The notes under the pieces are model-generated. The model saw only the letters and a program-made list of their open reading frames with translations, was not told where the DNA came from and did no database searches. Source: the human T2T-CHM13v2.0 reference genome, Homo sapiens. From it: 64,000 bases of DNA. This document shows positions 1-32,231 of this stretch, in pieces (within the stretch, counting starts at the first letter, position 1; each line of letters opens with the position of its first letter). The stretch lies in NCBI RefSeq assembly GCF_009914755.1, contig NC_060925.1; one strand, given 5' to 3'. A program made the translations under genes and the position numbers.

Positions 1-430
<430 letters not shown>

Positions 431-1331
431 TTATTGTCTCCGATCCTACCATGAATTCAGTTTTCCTGGACTGAAAAATAGAAATCATCCTGGACTTCTC
501 CCATTCCAATACCCTCCAGGCCTAACCAGAAATAGTCTTGTCATTTTTACCTTTTCAATATCTCTTCAATCATCTCTTTCCCTGTCTCTCACTGCTGCTA
601 CCCTATTTTCACATCCTCATCACTTTGCACATGAAAAACTACAAGAATGTCATAATGGATTTCTCTGCTTCTAGTCGGCCCTCACAAATCCTTTCTACAG
701 ACTGTAGTTAGAATGATCTTCCTAAAGTACAAAGGTAGCTATGGCACTTCCCTGCTTAAAATCCTTAAATGTCTACATAACTACCACAAGGTTAGTAGTA
801 ATTCAAGTTCAAGCTCCCCAGAAAGGCCATAAGGCCATCCATGACATGGTCTGCAGTCTCACATTTACCACCTACCACCAGGCCCTTTATGCGAAAACCA
901 TCTGCACCACTTAGAATTTCCCCCAAAGCACCACACTCTCTTATCTATGCACAACCATGTGCCTGGGATGCCTGTTTGTCCCTTTTGCCTATCCTATTTT
1001 TAGTTCAAAACTCAGTCTAAACATCGCCGTATCCAGGAAGCATTCCCTGACCCTCCCAGTCTGGGTTGGATGCTCCCCTTTGATGCTCCCAAGCCAGTCT
1101 ATGCACATCACAGAAAAATATCATGTTTGTTTTTCTGTCTTTCCCACTGAAATTAGAGCTCTTTGAACCTTATTCCTCTATGCACTCATAGGGCCTGGCA
1201 CAGTACCAATTGGCACATAGTATCAATTATTTGTTGATTAAATGGGTAAACATACCCATTTTAGTGACGGTGAGCCACTTAGGGGTTATAATCAAGAGGG
1301 AGACATGATTCAATTGTTCAATAAAGAATTA

Positions 1332-1845
<514 letters not shown>

Positions 1846-2991
1846 TTAGACTGAGTGGCCAGGAAAAGCCTCACCAGGGAGGTGACAGATAAGCCGAGAT
1901 CTAAATGGCAAGAAGGAATGAGTCACATGAAGACCTACAGTCAGAGCAATCCAGGGCAAAGGCAAAGTGCAAAGATAGCACATTTGGCATATCTATGGCA
2001 CAGAAAGAAGGCCTGTGCGGATGAAGGGTGATAAACTGGCATGAGAATCATAAGAGATGAGAATGGCAAGGCAAGGAGAAACCAAATCACAGAGTCCTGT
2101 AGGCCTGGTAAGGGGTTTGGGTTTTATTCCAAGTGGGATGAAGAGCCACTGAAGGATTTTAAGCAGTAAACAATGACAATTTGACTTACATTTTTAAAAG
2201 ATATGTTTCTCTGTGAATAAATAAATAAGAGTAGAAGCAGAATCACCAGTCAGAAATTTGCCTTAATCCAAGCAAGGAATGATAGTGGCTTCATCTAACA
2301 TAGCAGTGGTAAAGATCAAAATCAATAGTTTGTGACATTATATTCTGGACATTATCACATCAACATTTTTGGAAACAAATTCTGGTAGCTGTGTGGAGAA
2401 CAACTTGAAGGTAGTGGCAAAAACAGAAGCAGAAAAGCCAGTTAGGAGACTATTGTCATAATCTAATAGCAAAATAACACATAGGGGAGAGTAGGAGGAA
2501 TGACGTATGAGAACACGTTAAAAATAGAGGATATTTTTCTCCAGAAAGATGAGGGTTCTTTAATCTTTGAAACAATCCTGTGAGGTTGGTATCATTAACC
2601 CATTTTACAAATAGAAGGAAACTGGAGCAGAGATAAACCAAGTAATTTGCCCAAAGTTACACAAAGGTAAGCCAAGACCTCAACTCTTGGTGAAAACCCA
2701 TGCTGTTTTCACATATCATGCCAGGTCTTTCCTCAAAGGGAAGAGGCCAGACAACAAAGCTGACTTCAGAAAACATCATGGCAAAATAGCAAAAACAAAC
2801 GAACAAATGAACAAAGGAAAAAACAAAAAGAAAACATCATGGCATAAAGACAGAGGGAAAGCTCTGGAGGCCCCTGGAAGGAAGGAGTTAAATGATAATC
2901 CCTGCAGGCCATCGTTCTTGTAGGATGGGAAGCCTTGGGATTAGTCTCTGGGGCAGGCCTGATTCAATGACTCTGTGGGGCTGGGTCTTAG

Positions 2992-9314
<6,323 letters not shown>

Positions 9315-9825
9315 GGACAGGCTCCTCACTCCCAGTTCCCTGGACAGAGCTAAACTCTCGAGACTTCTCTGTGAACTTCCCTACCCTACCCCCACAACAC
9401 AAGCACCCCAGACCTCACCTCCATCCCCCTCTGTCTGCCCTCACAATTAGGCTTCATTGCACTGATCTTACTCTACTGCTGCTGACATAAAACCAGGACC
9501 CTTTCTCCACAGGCAGGCTCATTTCACTAAGCTCCTCCTTTACTTTCTCTCTCCTCTTTGATGTCAAACGCCTTGAAAACAAGCCTCCACTTCCCCACAC
9601 TTCCCATTTACTCTTGAGACTACTTCAATTAGTTCCCCTACTACACTTTGCTAGTGAAACTGCCCAGGCAAAGTGCACCTCAAATCTTCTAATTCCAAGA
9701 TCCAATAGGATCTCGTTAATCATCAGTTCCTTTGATCTCGCTGTAAGATTTGTCAAGGCTGACTACTCACTTCTCCTTTAAATTCTTTCCTACCTTGGTC
9801 CTGCCTCTTTGAGTATATTAGTAGG

Positions 9826-10466
<641 letters not shown>

Positions 10467-10987
10467 TAGATCTAGAATCAGAGCTGGATTCAATTCCTGT
10501 CCTTCACATTTACTAGCTGTGCAACCTTGGGCACATAACTTAATGTCTTTGAGCCTTAGTTTTTTCATCTGTAAAACAGGGATAATAACAGCACCCCATA
10601 GAGTTGTGACGAGGATTGAGATAATCTAAGTAAAGCACAGTCCCTAGGACATAGTAAATGATTCATATATCCGAACTACTGTTATAATTATTCCTTCTTA
10701 CTCTCCTCTTCTAGCATTTCTTCCAATTATTACAGTCCTTCAAGATTCCATTTCTTAACAGTCTCCAATCCCATCTATTCTCTGCCTTTACTATATGTTG
10801 ACCATTCCAAAGTTCTTATCTCTAGCTCAGACATCTACTACAGCACTGTGATGCTTTATGCAACTAACTGTTTACATATCTGTCCCCTGCTACTAGATTG
10901 TGAGCTCCTTGAGGGAAAGGAACATGATTTATTTGTCCTTTTCCCCCAGCACCTAGAGTAGTGCTTGGTGCATGATAGTAGGCCTTC

Positions 10988-10993
10988 AATAAA
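10988..10993 (+). terminator. MPL: MPL poly(A) signal AATAAA
   Basis: Canonical hexamer ~1.7 kb after the stop codon, consistent with the long Alu-containing 3'UTR as I recall it. Confidence 0.7.
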
Positions 10994-11758
10994 TTTTTTC
11001 TAAATGAATGAAATCTTTCTGGACAAGGTTACCTTAATCCCATGCCAGCTGTCCTCATCCTCTAAACCGTTCATAGGCAGCAGTAAATGTGCTCAGACAG
11101 TTCTGATTATGGACTCTCCTAACACATTCTAATTCTCAAACAAATGGTTTTGTTGTCATTGTTTTTTCTGGCTCCAAATATACCCACTGTATCAGTCAGG
11201 GTCTTGGAAGAAATAGATGACACACTCAAATTGGGTAATATGATGACAGTGTAATAAACGGCAAACAGTATTTACAAAGATGAGGGCAAGATTTGGGAAA
11301 ACCATCAAGGAACAGTGCAAGTGCCTCTGAGGCTAACAACAACAAGGTGCTGGCACTAGCCCTAGGCATCAAGGGGTAAGGGAGGGAGTGGTTCCCAGAT
11401 CACCAGAGAGTAGCTGTAAGACAGGGCTGCCAGGAAGGAGTCATGGCCTTTCTTTGGTGGAGGGGTGCAGCCAACCTATGGGCAGGTGGCAATGAGAGAT
11501 CCAGGGGGATAGACAGCTCAATTTCATGCTCTTCCCATTCCAGTCTTGAGTCCCTAGGAGTAAAGTCAGAGCCTTTCATGTGGCTGGGGAGGAATTATGG
11601 AGATTGGGTATACTGGATGTCATCCATTTGTCCCACCCAGACCTATTCTCCATCCTTCTCCATCTTGTCCTATGCTTAGCAAGGCTGATTCATATGGCTG
11701 GCATCCAAGCATTCTCCTGGGCTTTGGTTTCTGCTTGGGTTCCAACAGTAGGAGGATA

Positions 11759-12990
<1,232 letters not shown>

Positions 12991-13254
12991 GAGGATATCA
13001 GGGGATGGGCTACACAAGTCACCTATACTTGCCGGCTTCCCGTTCTCCCTATTTCATTCTTTCCGCAACTCCTCCAAAATGGATCTCAAGCACCCACTTT
13101 CCTGATCCTGCTCTCTCCAAAGTCATCGGTAATTTGATTTTCAATGGCCAAATCTGACCCTTTCTGTCATCATTCCACTTGACTACATATATTAGGGTAT
13201 CTCCCACTTCAAGATCCATGTCTGGATAATTTCCATTGCCTTCCTTCATTCATT

Positions 13255-13553
13255 TATTATTATTATTATTTTGAGACAAAGTCTCCCTCTGTCACCCAGG
13301 CTAGAGTGCAGTGGCGCGACCTCGCTCACTACAACCTGCGCCTCCCAGGTTCAAGCGATTCCCCTGCCTCAGCCTCCCAGGTAGCTGGGATTACAGGTGT
13401 GCACCACCACACCTGGCTAATTTTGTACTTCTAGTAGAGACAGGGTTTCGCCACATTGGCCCGACTAGTCTTGAACTACTGACTTCAAGTGATCTGCCCG
13501 CCTTGGCCTCCCAAAGTGCTGGGATTACAGGAGTGAACCACCACAACCTGCCC
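13255..13553 (-). mobile_element. Alu
   Basis: Antisense dimer with (TTA)n tail. Confidence 0.95.
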
Positions 13554-14126
13554 AAATCCTTTATTTTTAAATGTACAAATTCCCTGAGGCTATACCCTTT
13601 ATCCTTCTCTATAGCTACCACCAGAAGTTGCAAATTATTGCCATATCCCCCCCCTCAGATGTTTTATTTGGTCCTTCCCTACACAGAAACCCCACAGGTA
13701 CCACAATGCCTAGCAGATGAAGTCCAAAGTCTTTAGCTTAACATTTAAGACCCTGACCAACTTGACATGAGACAACCTTTTCTATGTTTTCTGGGAATTC
13801 CCCACCTCTAACCTAAGCATATCCAATTCCTTATTTTCCAAGGTAATTGGAAATAGAGAATGCAAAGGCTTCAAGTCAAAGATAATAACATTATCTGTAA
13901 GCATCGGAGTGGACTTTAAGCTAATGACTGAAAATGATTTTTCCAGCCTCTTTCTGGGACAGTATAGCGTATTGTTTAGATTGCAGGGATTAGTCAGATA
14001 GTTTGAATCCTGGGCTCCCCTACTTATTATTGGCTGCATGCCTTTGGGCAAGTTTCTAATCTTTCTGACCCAGTTTCTTTTTTCTGTAAAGGGAAGATGG
14101 GGTATCTATCTGCCTTATGGGATTAA

Positions 14127-14449
<323 letters not shown>

Positions 14450-15339
14450 TGTAAATTGTTTTAACACAGTAGTTAGATGGTCCATAAATGGTACCATTAT
14501 TACTTTTATGATTGCTGCTCCACCTCTGAGCACATTCATACAATTCACTCAAGTCATTATTAGAGCACTAGATTGAGTGCGAGTCAGACCTGGATTCCCA
14601 CAAACTTCTTTGTATGACCTCGGGCACATCCCTTCCCTGGGCCTCCGTTTCTCCATCTGTAAAATATGGATTTGTTGTCGGGGTGGGGAGGCTGCACCAC
14701 GCACAGGTTAGACTAATGGATCTCTAAGGTCCTCACATCTTTAAAGCCCCAAGGGGATAAGCCACAGTGCCTCCTGTAGGGCAGTCTAAGCTTATCTTCC
14801 AGATAGGCAGGTTTGAATACCGATCCTTTTTCTTGACCTTAAGGAATTCATTCACCCTTTTCAACCTCATTTTCCCTGTTTGTAAAACAACAGCAAACGA
14901 GACAAACACACGTTACTTCCTTTCTAGCAGGGTTCCTACCCGGCGCCAAGCAAAAGTGGAATGTACCCTAAGTAGCTCTGGCCTTCTTCCTGCTCCCAAG
15001 CTTCCCAATTCCGTCCCCTGCCCCGCTGCCGCCCGCGGCTCTCCTTCCCCTTCTAGGAACGGCTCAAGCGCCTTGGGCACTCCATCGGGTTCTGCACCGA
15101 GTTCTGCATCATAAATACGACTCTCGTGTAGGATTTAAGTGTGAACTTCTGCAGGTTCTCGGACCCTGAAGCACCCGGGGCCAGACATTCCGAGCTCGCG
15201 GCGGTGGAAGGCACGCAAAAGGGCGAACCGAGACGACTCCAGGACGCTGAGGCAGCGCAGGCCCCACCCGGCCCCGCCCTGCCCCGCCCTGTCCCGGCCG
15301 GCTTTCCAGTACTAGTCCTCTGGCGCCGGCTCCCAGCCC

Positions 15340-15530
15340 CTCTCGTACCCTTCAAATCGCGCTCCGCCGCTAGACTCTCGTGATAGCTGAGACTTTCCCC
15401 GGAAGGCCCGCCCCCTTCGCCGGAGAGGCCAATGGGCTAGGGCAACGGTTGCGACGGTTGGATTTTGAAGGAGCCAATAGGCGCTCGGAGCGGAGAGTTT
15501 AAGAGGCGTAAGCCAGGCGTGTTAAAGCCG
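15340..15530 (+). promoter_or_regulatory. CDC20: CDC20 G2/M-type promoter in a CpG island
   Basis: CCAAT boxes at 15429-15433 and 15474-15478, CHR-like TTTGAA at 15464-15469, reverse TTCAAA at 15351-15356, MYB-type palindrome GCAACGGTTGC at 15442-15452. Non-coding exon 1 ends at 15554 (donor GTGAGA); exon 2 starts at 15715. Confidence 0.8.
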
Positions 15531-15763
15531 GTCGGAACTGCTCCGGAGGGCACGGTGAGAGGTGGTGGGGCTGAGCCGAGGTGGGGCCGTGGCCAGGGGG
15601 AGGGGGTGCTAGGCCGGAAGGGGCTGCAGCCGAGGGTGGCCCTGATTTTGTGGCCGGCCAGGAGCGAAGGGGTCCCTTTCTGTCCCCTGAGCACCGTCGC
15701 CTCCTTTCCTCCAGGGCTCCGTAGGCACCAACTGCAAGGACCCCTCCCCCTGCGGGCGCTCCC

Positions 15764-19677
<3,914 letters not shown>

Positions 19678-19714
19678 AGACCAACCCATCACCTCAGTTG
19701 TTTTTTATTTTTCT

Positions 19715-19720
19715 AATAAA
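19715..19720 (+). terminator. CDC20: CDC20 poly(A) signal AATAAA
   Basis: Hexamer ~40 nt after the stop, followed by a U-rich tract. Confidence 0.9.
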
Positions 19721-19965
19721 GTCATGTCTCCCTTCATGTTTTTTTTTTAAATCTGTTTCAGCTAATGCCTTTCTTCTTTCATGACCTATGTCCCAGCAGC
19801 CTTCCTAGGGGCTCTACTCTACTGGGATCAGAGAGCTAGATATGTCCTGTGGGAGCCTGGACCATCCATCCCTCTTGTTTGTGGACAGGGCTAAGCGTGT
19901 TGTGTTCCCCCACCTCCTCTGTTCACATACGTATACACACAGCCTCCGTGGTTTCCTCTGTCACT

Positions 19966-19971
19966 TTTAAT
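19966..19971 (-). terminator. ELOVL1: ELOVL1 poly(A) signal ATTAAA
   Basis: TTTAAT on +, ~490 nt downstream of the ELOVL1 stop; GU-rich sequence follows on -. Confidence 0.75.
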
Positions 19972-20463
19972 TAAGACACAAGTTGAGTAAGCAGCCTCCA
20001 CAGGCTGTATTCCCAGGCCCCCGCCCACCCTGACCTTTGGCCCAGAAGCTACTGCTTCAGTGTGTGGGGTGGAGGAGTGAGACTGGGTCCACAGTGACAT
20101 TATTGCTGACCTCTTCTGTGTGAGGAAAAAGGCCACGAGACCCTTTGTGGGGCCAGCCCTGAGTGCTCCTCTCCCAAGTTTTAAGGCAGGGAGGGGGAAA
20201 TAACTGTACAGCCCTTTTAGCCCCCAGCTCTGGAGTGGCAGACAGCAATGAGGCCACATCCCTGGAGCTGCCCGGGGGAAGTGGGTGAGGAACCAAAGCC
20301 GTGGTCCCTGTAGAGCAGCTGTGGGGAGGGGAGGGCCAGTCCCCTGCTCAGTCCTGACCACATAAGCCTTGGTCACAGGTGTAGGTGGAGAGGGCACTGA
20401 CGGACACTGCCCTAAGGTGCAGTCCTGAGGCACTTAGGTGGGCGCCTATCTAGGCCATGCTTC

Positions 20464-22157
<1,694 letters not shown>

Positions 22158-24462
22158 CCTGGCTAAGGACTCTGGGGAGGTACAGAGGGCGGATGTCAGA
22201 CAGATCCCACTGCACACCCCCATCCCACAGAGATAAGACACAGAACCAGACAAGACACCTGCAATGCCTCATTGCAGAAAGGACAGAACAGTGAAAGGAA
22301 GGAATTACTGGGAACTAGGGGGAGGAGGCAGTTTGGTTGAGGCATCTGCTCCCCACACATCCTGCTTGCCTGGGAAGAGCTGTTCCACCCTTCCTCTCCA
22401 CACCTTACTCTCCTCTCCTCTCCACAGTTTTACTTCCTGGCCTCCCTTCCCCTCTTCCTCCACAAGATAACTCTCAATTCCAGGTCTCTTACTGGAGAAT
22501 CTTACCTTCTCACCAACAGGGAGCTCTTGAACTCCGTCTCCCTTCCTCACCCGAGTCCCTCACCTCCCCAGCTCTGGGTCTTTCTTCTCTCCAGGGATTC
22601 TCCCCTTCAATCTCTCCTCTCCTGCCCTCTCCTCTTCCCATCCCTCTGGACCCTTCCTGAACTCTCTTCTCCCCAGGGTCCCTCCTGTCCCTGCCAGGAC
22701 TCTCACCTCTCTGGGCCCTTCTGTCCCTCCAGAACCTTATCCTCGGATTCCTCCTTGCCTGTGCTGGGACACTTATGTCCCTACGATTCTCCTCTGCCTT
22801 TCCTGGGACTCTCACCTCCAGCCTCTCCTCTCCAGCGCTCTCCTCTCTCCTCTCGCAGAGCCCTTCCTCTCCTGGAGCCTGGCTCTTTGAGACTCCTGCC
22901 CCGGCGGCTCCACCTGTCTGACTAGATCTGGCAGCAGCCCCGCCCTCTGCCCGCCCCTGCTGTACTGTGCAGGGGGTGGAGGGTGGGTCCGGGCCACAGG
23001 TCAGTGCCTGGGGGAGCAGGACCCACCAGGATTGGGAAAGCCAAGTAAAGCCCCAGACTCGCCACCCACCCACCCACGTGGGACCAGCCTGATGAGCTAA
23101 GGTCCTAGATTCTGAGCCAGAAACCTCCTCTGACCCCAGCCCCAGCCCCAGCCCTGGCCCAAAGCACTGCTGAAAATCCACACCCAGCATCCTCTCCTAA
23201 GCCGGCCATAACTGCTCAGTTTGTCCTACTTCAGAATGGGTACAATCACTCTTCCCTTCCTGGGAAGGGCAGGGAAGCCAGTGGCATGTGAAGGGGTTGG
23301 GGAGTGGGGGAGGTCGCAGGAATCTTCCCCTCCCTCAGGGAGGGGCCCCGTTGGGCTAGGCCCCCTCCCCCTCAGGGCCTGAAGGAATGTCGGGGGAAGG
23401 CTCCCAGGGACACAAAAGCCTCTGGCCAGACCCAGGAGAGCATGGTACTGACAGTCCCTGAGGGACAAGGCATTCTTGGAACAGAGCAGGGCCCAGGGCA
23501 GCAGGTGCCCCAGACTCCCTGCTTCCAGAGAAGCACCTCTGCAGATGCCAAGTGAAGAGGCGCACCTCTGACACCTCCCTGCCCCGCACACCCCTCACCT
23601 CCAGGAGGCCCGGCTTCTTTAGGCCCACCGTGGTCAGGCCCCAAGCCTGCGGTCCACACCCACCTCTCACCTAGCTCTCCACCCCCAACAGCGAAGGTGC
23701 CACGCCGAGGGCTGGCACACACGTCTCCTGCCTGACACACCACGCAACACCTCCGTGGGCTGACACGCATGGCTCCCGGCCCTCACGCAGCTCGGCCACC
23801 GCCCAGGCACACGCACGGGCTCACCCGCGGGGCCACTCACACACGTGTGCGCGCTGCCTGGCCACGCTCGGATCCCCTCCTTACTTGCTCCCCCACCATC
23901 GGGCTTGCTGGCCGCCCATCGCCGGCAGGGCCCAGGCCGGGGCGAGGGCGCCAACACAGGTTCCTCCCTGACACATGGGAGCCAGCCAGCCTGTTATCTC
24001 TCAACCACCAGCCCCCAATATCAACCCACACACCCGGCAGGCCAGGAGGGACCAAGGCTCCTGGGAGGACCTCTCCCCAAGCTGCAGGAAAATCTGGGTG
24101 TGTCTCTCGTCGGGGAACTCAGCCCGTCCCTTCCTTCCTTTAAGATGGATGGAAGGGAAAAGGTGCCTGGCAAAGTTAGGGTAGCGGGGGGAGGGAGGGG
24201 AGAGGAGGAGGGAGAGAGGTAAATGCAGGGGTGGTGGAGGAAGGCCCGGGTGTAGGCAAATGGGGGCCAGAGACGGGGGTGTGGGGGAGGGAGGGTGCTG
24301 GCGAGGCCCGGCCCCAGGGAGCTGGGACCTCCCACCCACTGGCCCCGGGAACACCCTCGCCCACAGCCTGGGCAGGGCAGGGCAGGGCTGGGCCGGGCTG
24401 GGCCGGGCTGGCCAGGCAGGGGGCGCCGGCACGTGGAGAGTCCGTGGAAGGTCCAGACTCAC

Positions 24463-24720
24463 CCGTAGGGGCCAGGCGGGCAACGGCGGAGCGCTCGGAG
24501 GGAGCAGGGCCAGAGAGAAGTCCCCGGGGCCAGCCTGCCTGCCTGCCACTTCCTCATCTGCTGGGCCGACTTTCTGTCACCAGAGGGGGAGGGGCGGGCC
24601 GCGCGGGGGGCGCCCGCTGATTGGGCGGCCGGCAGGGCCGGAGGCCGGCAGCGCAGGCTCGGCCGGGGCGGGGGCAGGGGCGTGCCGCCGGGTCCCAGCA
24701 GGAAGCGCCGCGGCCCGGGC
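24463..24720 (-). promoter_or_regulatory. ELOVL1: ELOVL1 non-coding exon 1 and CpG-island promoter
   Basis: Donor GTGAGT (ACTCAC 24457-24462), CCAAT (ATTGG 24620-24624), GC boxes; exon 2 begins at 22171. Confidence 0.8.
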
Positions 24721-24759
24721 TTCCCACCCCTTCCCTCGCCGCCCGGGCCCGCCCTGGCC

Positions 24760-28300
<3,541 letters not shown>

Positions 28301-28485
28301 TCAGTCTGATGGAAAAGACAGACATATAGATGAGCAATTATATATGTGGTGAGTGTTCCCATAGAGATAAACCCAGAGGGTTATGAAAGCACTGGGGTGC
28401 GGGGGCACCTTAACTCAGTATGGAGGCTAATTCTTAAAGGTGATGCAAAAATGACACTTAATTGAGCATTAAAGGTCACTTTCTA

Positions 28486-28917
<432 letters not shown>

Positions 28918-29800
28918 TCAGAGGGCATATGGGAGGGCAAGAAAGGTAGGCATGAGTCAGTTTATGAAGAGCCTTGTATGCCACAGCAAGAAGACTGGAT
29001 TTTATTCTGTATATGTTTTTCAGCCCTGGCTGCAACTAGAATCAACTGGGGAGCTTTTAAAATATCAGTGCCTGGCTCTCACCTCCAGATTGATGCTAGA
29101 TGGTTGTTCTTAATGGGAAGAGGCCAAAGCATGTTTATATGCTGTATGGAGAGTGACAATGGGATCCAGCATACACATGAAGAGAGTAGCCTCTGGCTAA
29201 GGAGAACGGAAATAGAGTAAGTTCGTCAGTGGAATGGGAGGAAATTGAGGGAGTTTTGTCTAAAGGAGTCTATTTTTTCCTTCAGTCAGATGTTAGGTAG
29301 TTGCTGAACATGGGGGATGGGTAGGTGATGGGATAAAGAATTGTAGGGAAGTGGTTCACTCTGGAGTAACTGATGATGGAATGCTGGGAAAGCTTAGTGA
29401 ACAGCTAAGTGGAAGGCCCCACTGGGTGGGAGACCATAAGGAGTGTACCAGTTTAGAAGGCTGTGATGTTTTCCGCAGAGCTAAGTGAGTGGGAGTCAGG
29501 AGAGCAGAAATAGGACCATTTGGGATCTGCAGGGAAGCGAGATGGAAGGCCTTGCTTGGGAGAGGGTTCAGTGAAGGCTGAGTAGATGAAACTAAACCAA
29601 GGGTACACTGATAAACTGGATAAACTGAAGAGGTCAAGGAACTCATAGGTTTGATAAGGATGAAGGCCAGGTGTAGTGGGGAAAGAAAACCCAGTCCAAC
29701 AACTAAAATTCCATCCATTTCATGGAGCCTTCCTGACTAATGGGAAATGAGGTGGCAACTTCCCCCAGGTCCCACCCTGTCTGACTCACTCCTCACTCAC

Positions 29801-30760
29801 TGCTCTTCAAAGGGCCCGTCTCCATCCTCTTTCTCAAGAAGAGAAACCATGGATGTTGTTTCTAAAAGTTCAGCCTGAAAACCACTGTCTGTATGAACTC
29901 AATTCCCATGATTTTTTGAGGCTTTATATGTTTCAGCACAAATATTAAATGGAGGTAGGATAGAGAAGCAGAAATGGCAATGAGGAAAAAAATGGAAAAA
30001 GGTATGCCTGCATGTTCATGAGTGAGTCAGCAGAAGAGTGGAGGGAAAAGACAATAAGACACGGGGTATCAGCTATGAATAGGAACTGAAGGTCCAGATT
30101 GAAGGGCAACAGAACTGGCAGGTGGAGATGGAAGCAGCCTCCTGGGGGCTGTGTCAAGCTTCTCCATTCTCCATCCTGTAAAGGACAAAGGACACTTCCT
30201 ACACAGTACCCACACAGAAGAGCTGATGGGAGGGTTAGCCTGTGAGGACGAGAGAGTGAAGATGAGGGCAAAGGGTTTGCCAGTTAATAATTCTGCATGT
30301 TTCTTGGGCCCCAGCCAGCTAGCTGGTATCCTCTTCCAAAGCAGGCTGGGACCTTGGCTGAAGGAACCAGGGCTGGAAAGACATCGGGCTGGCAGAGGGG
30401 AGAGACTGCATGCAAACATTCTTTGTATCTTCTGCAATTTGAGAGTTGGCCTGGAACCCTGAAAGTCAGGGCCAATGTCTGATCCATCAGTGGGTAACCA
30501 GTGCCTACATACTATGGGTATCATTCACTGTTCATTGAACTGAACAAAAGAAACTTAGGAACGGGGAAAGGGATGTGATAGAACCTGCAGGAAAAGCTCC
30601 GGAGAGAAAGGAGAGGCTTTTTGTTAGGGGGCAAACCAGGGGATGCTATCAAGATGGAGGAAAGGGAGTTAGCAAGATCCAGAAGACACGTGAGAAGGAC
30701 CAAGAGGGGAATGAGAAGCTTATAATTCTATTAGTACTTTTTCTGGCAAGGATGAAGCCA
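29801..30760 (-). pseudogene. Putative second, partial DNAAF9-like copy
   Basis: 30587-30522 is 56/66 identical to 28130-28195. Further AG-preceded segments start at 30458 and 30175, and 29945-29801 (FIQTVVF/AE...EKEDG, donor GTGAGT) follows, all in DNAAF9 order. Confidence 0.5.
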
Positions 30761-30993
30761 GCTGCATTCCCTATGTTCGAATGTTTCCATCCTGTCAGGT
30801 AAGTTCTATGATCACCTCTTAATAGATAAAAAAAAACTGGAATCAGAGGTTGAAGGCTTTGCTCAAGGTCACAGACCGGGTAAGGTGAAAGCAACACAGG
30901 TGTTTCAGGCTGAGGAAAAAGCACAGACAAAGGAATGGATACAGGAAAACACAGGACAGGTAGAGAATTGCAAGGGATTCTGTTTGGCTAAAG

Positions 30994-31369
30994 CAACAGT
31001 CCCCAACCTTTTTGGCACCAGGGACCAGTTTCGTTTTGTGGAAGACAATTTTTCCAAGGATGGGGGCTTGTGGTGATGTGGGGGGCAAGGGGCAGGGGGA
31101 TGGTTTCAGGAGGAAACTGTTCCACCTCAGATCATCAGGCATTCATTAGATTCTCATAAGGAGTGCACAGCCTAGATCCCTTGCATGCACAGTTCACAAT
31201 AGGGTTCCCACTCCTATGAGAATCTAATGCTGCTGCTGACCTGTCAGAAGGCGGAGCTCAGGCATTAATGCTTGCTGACTTGCCCACCACTCACCTTCTG
31301 CTGTGCGGCCTGGTTCCTAACAGGTCACAGACCAGTACTGGTCCATGGCCCAGGGGTTGGGGACCCTTG
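30994..31369. mobile_element. MER1-type hAT-Charlie element
   Basis: GTCCCCAACC...GGTTGGGGAC termini; perfect 8-bp TSD GGCTAAAG (30986-30993, 31370-31377). Confidence 0.9.
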
Positions 31370-31447
31370 GGCTAAAGGATATGGCTAACGAAAGGCCTTC
31401 ATATGATAGAAGGTTAATGAGTGGCCCCAGATCATGAAATGTTTTGA

Positions 31448-32231
<784 letters not shown>

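Noticed and set aside
24578-24592. CTCF-like CACCAGAGGGGG near the ELOVL1 TSS
   Set aside because: Partial match in very G-rich sequence; needs ChIP evidence.
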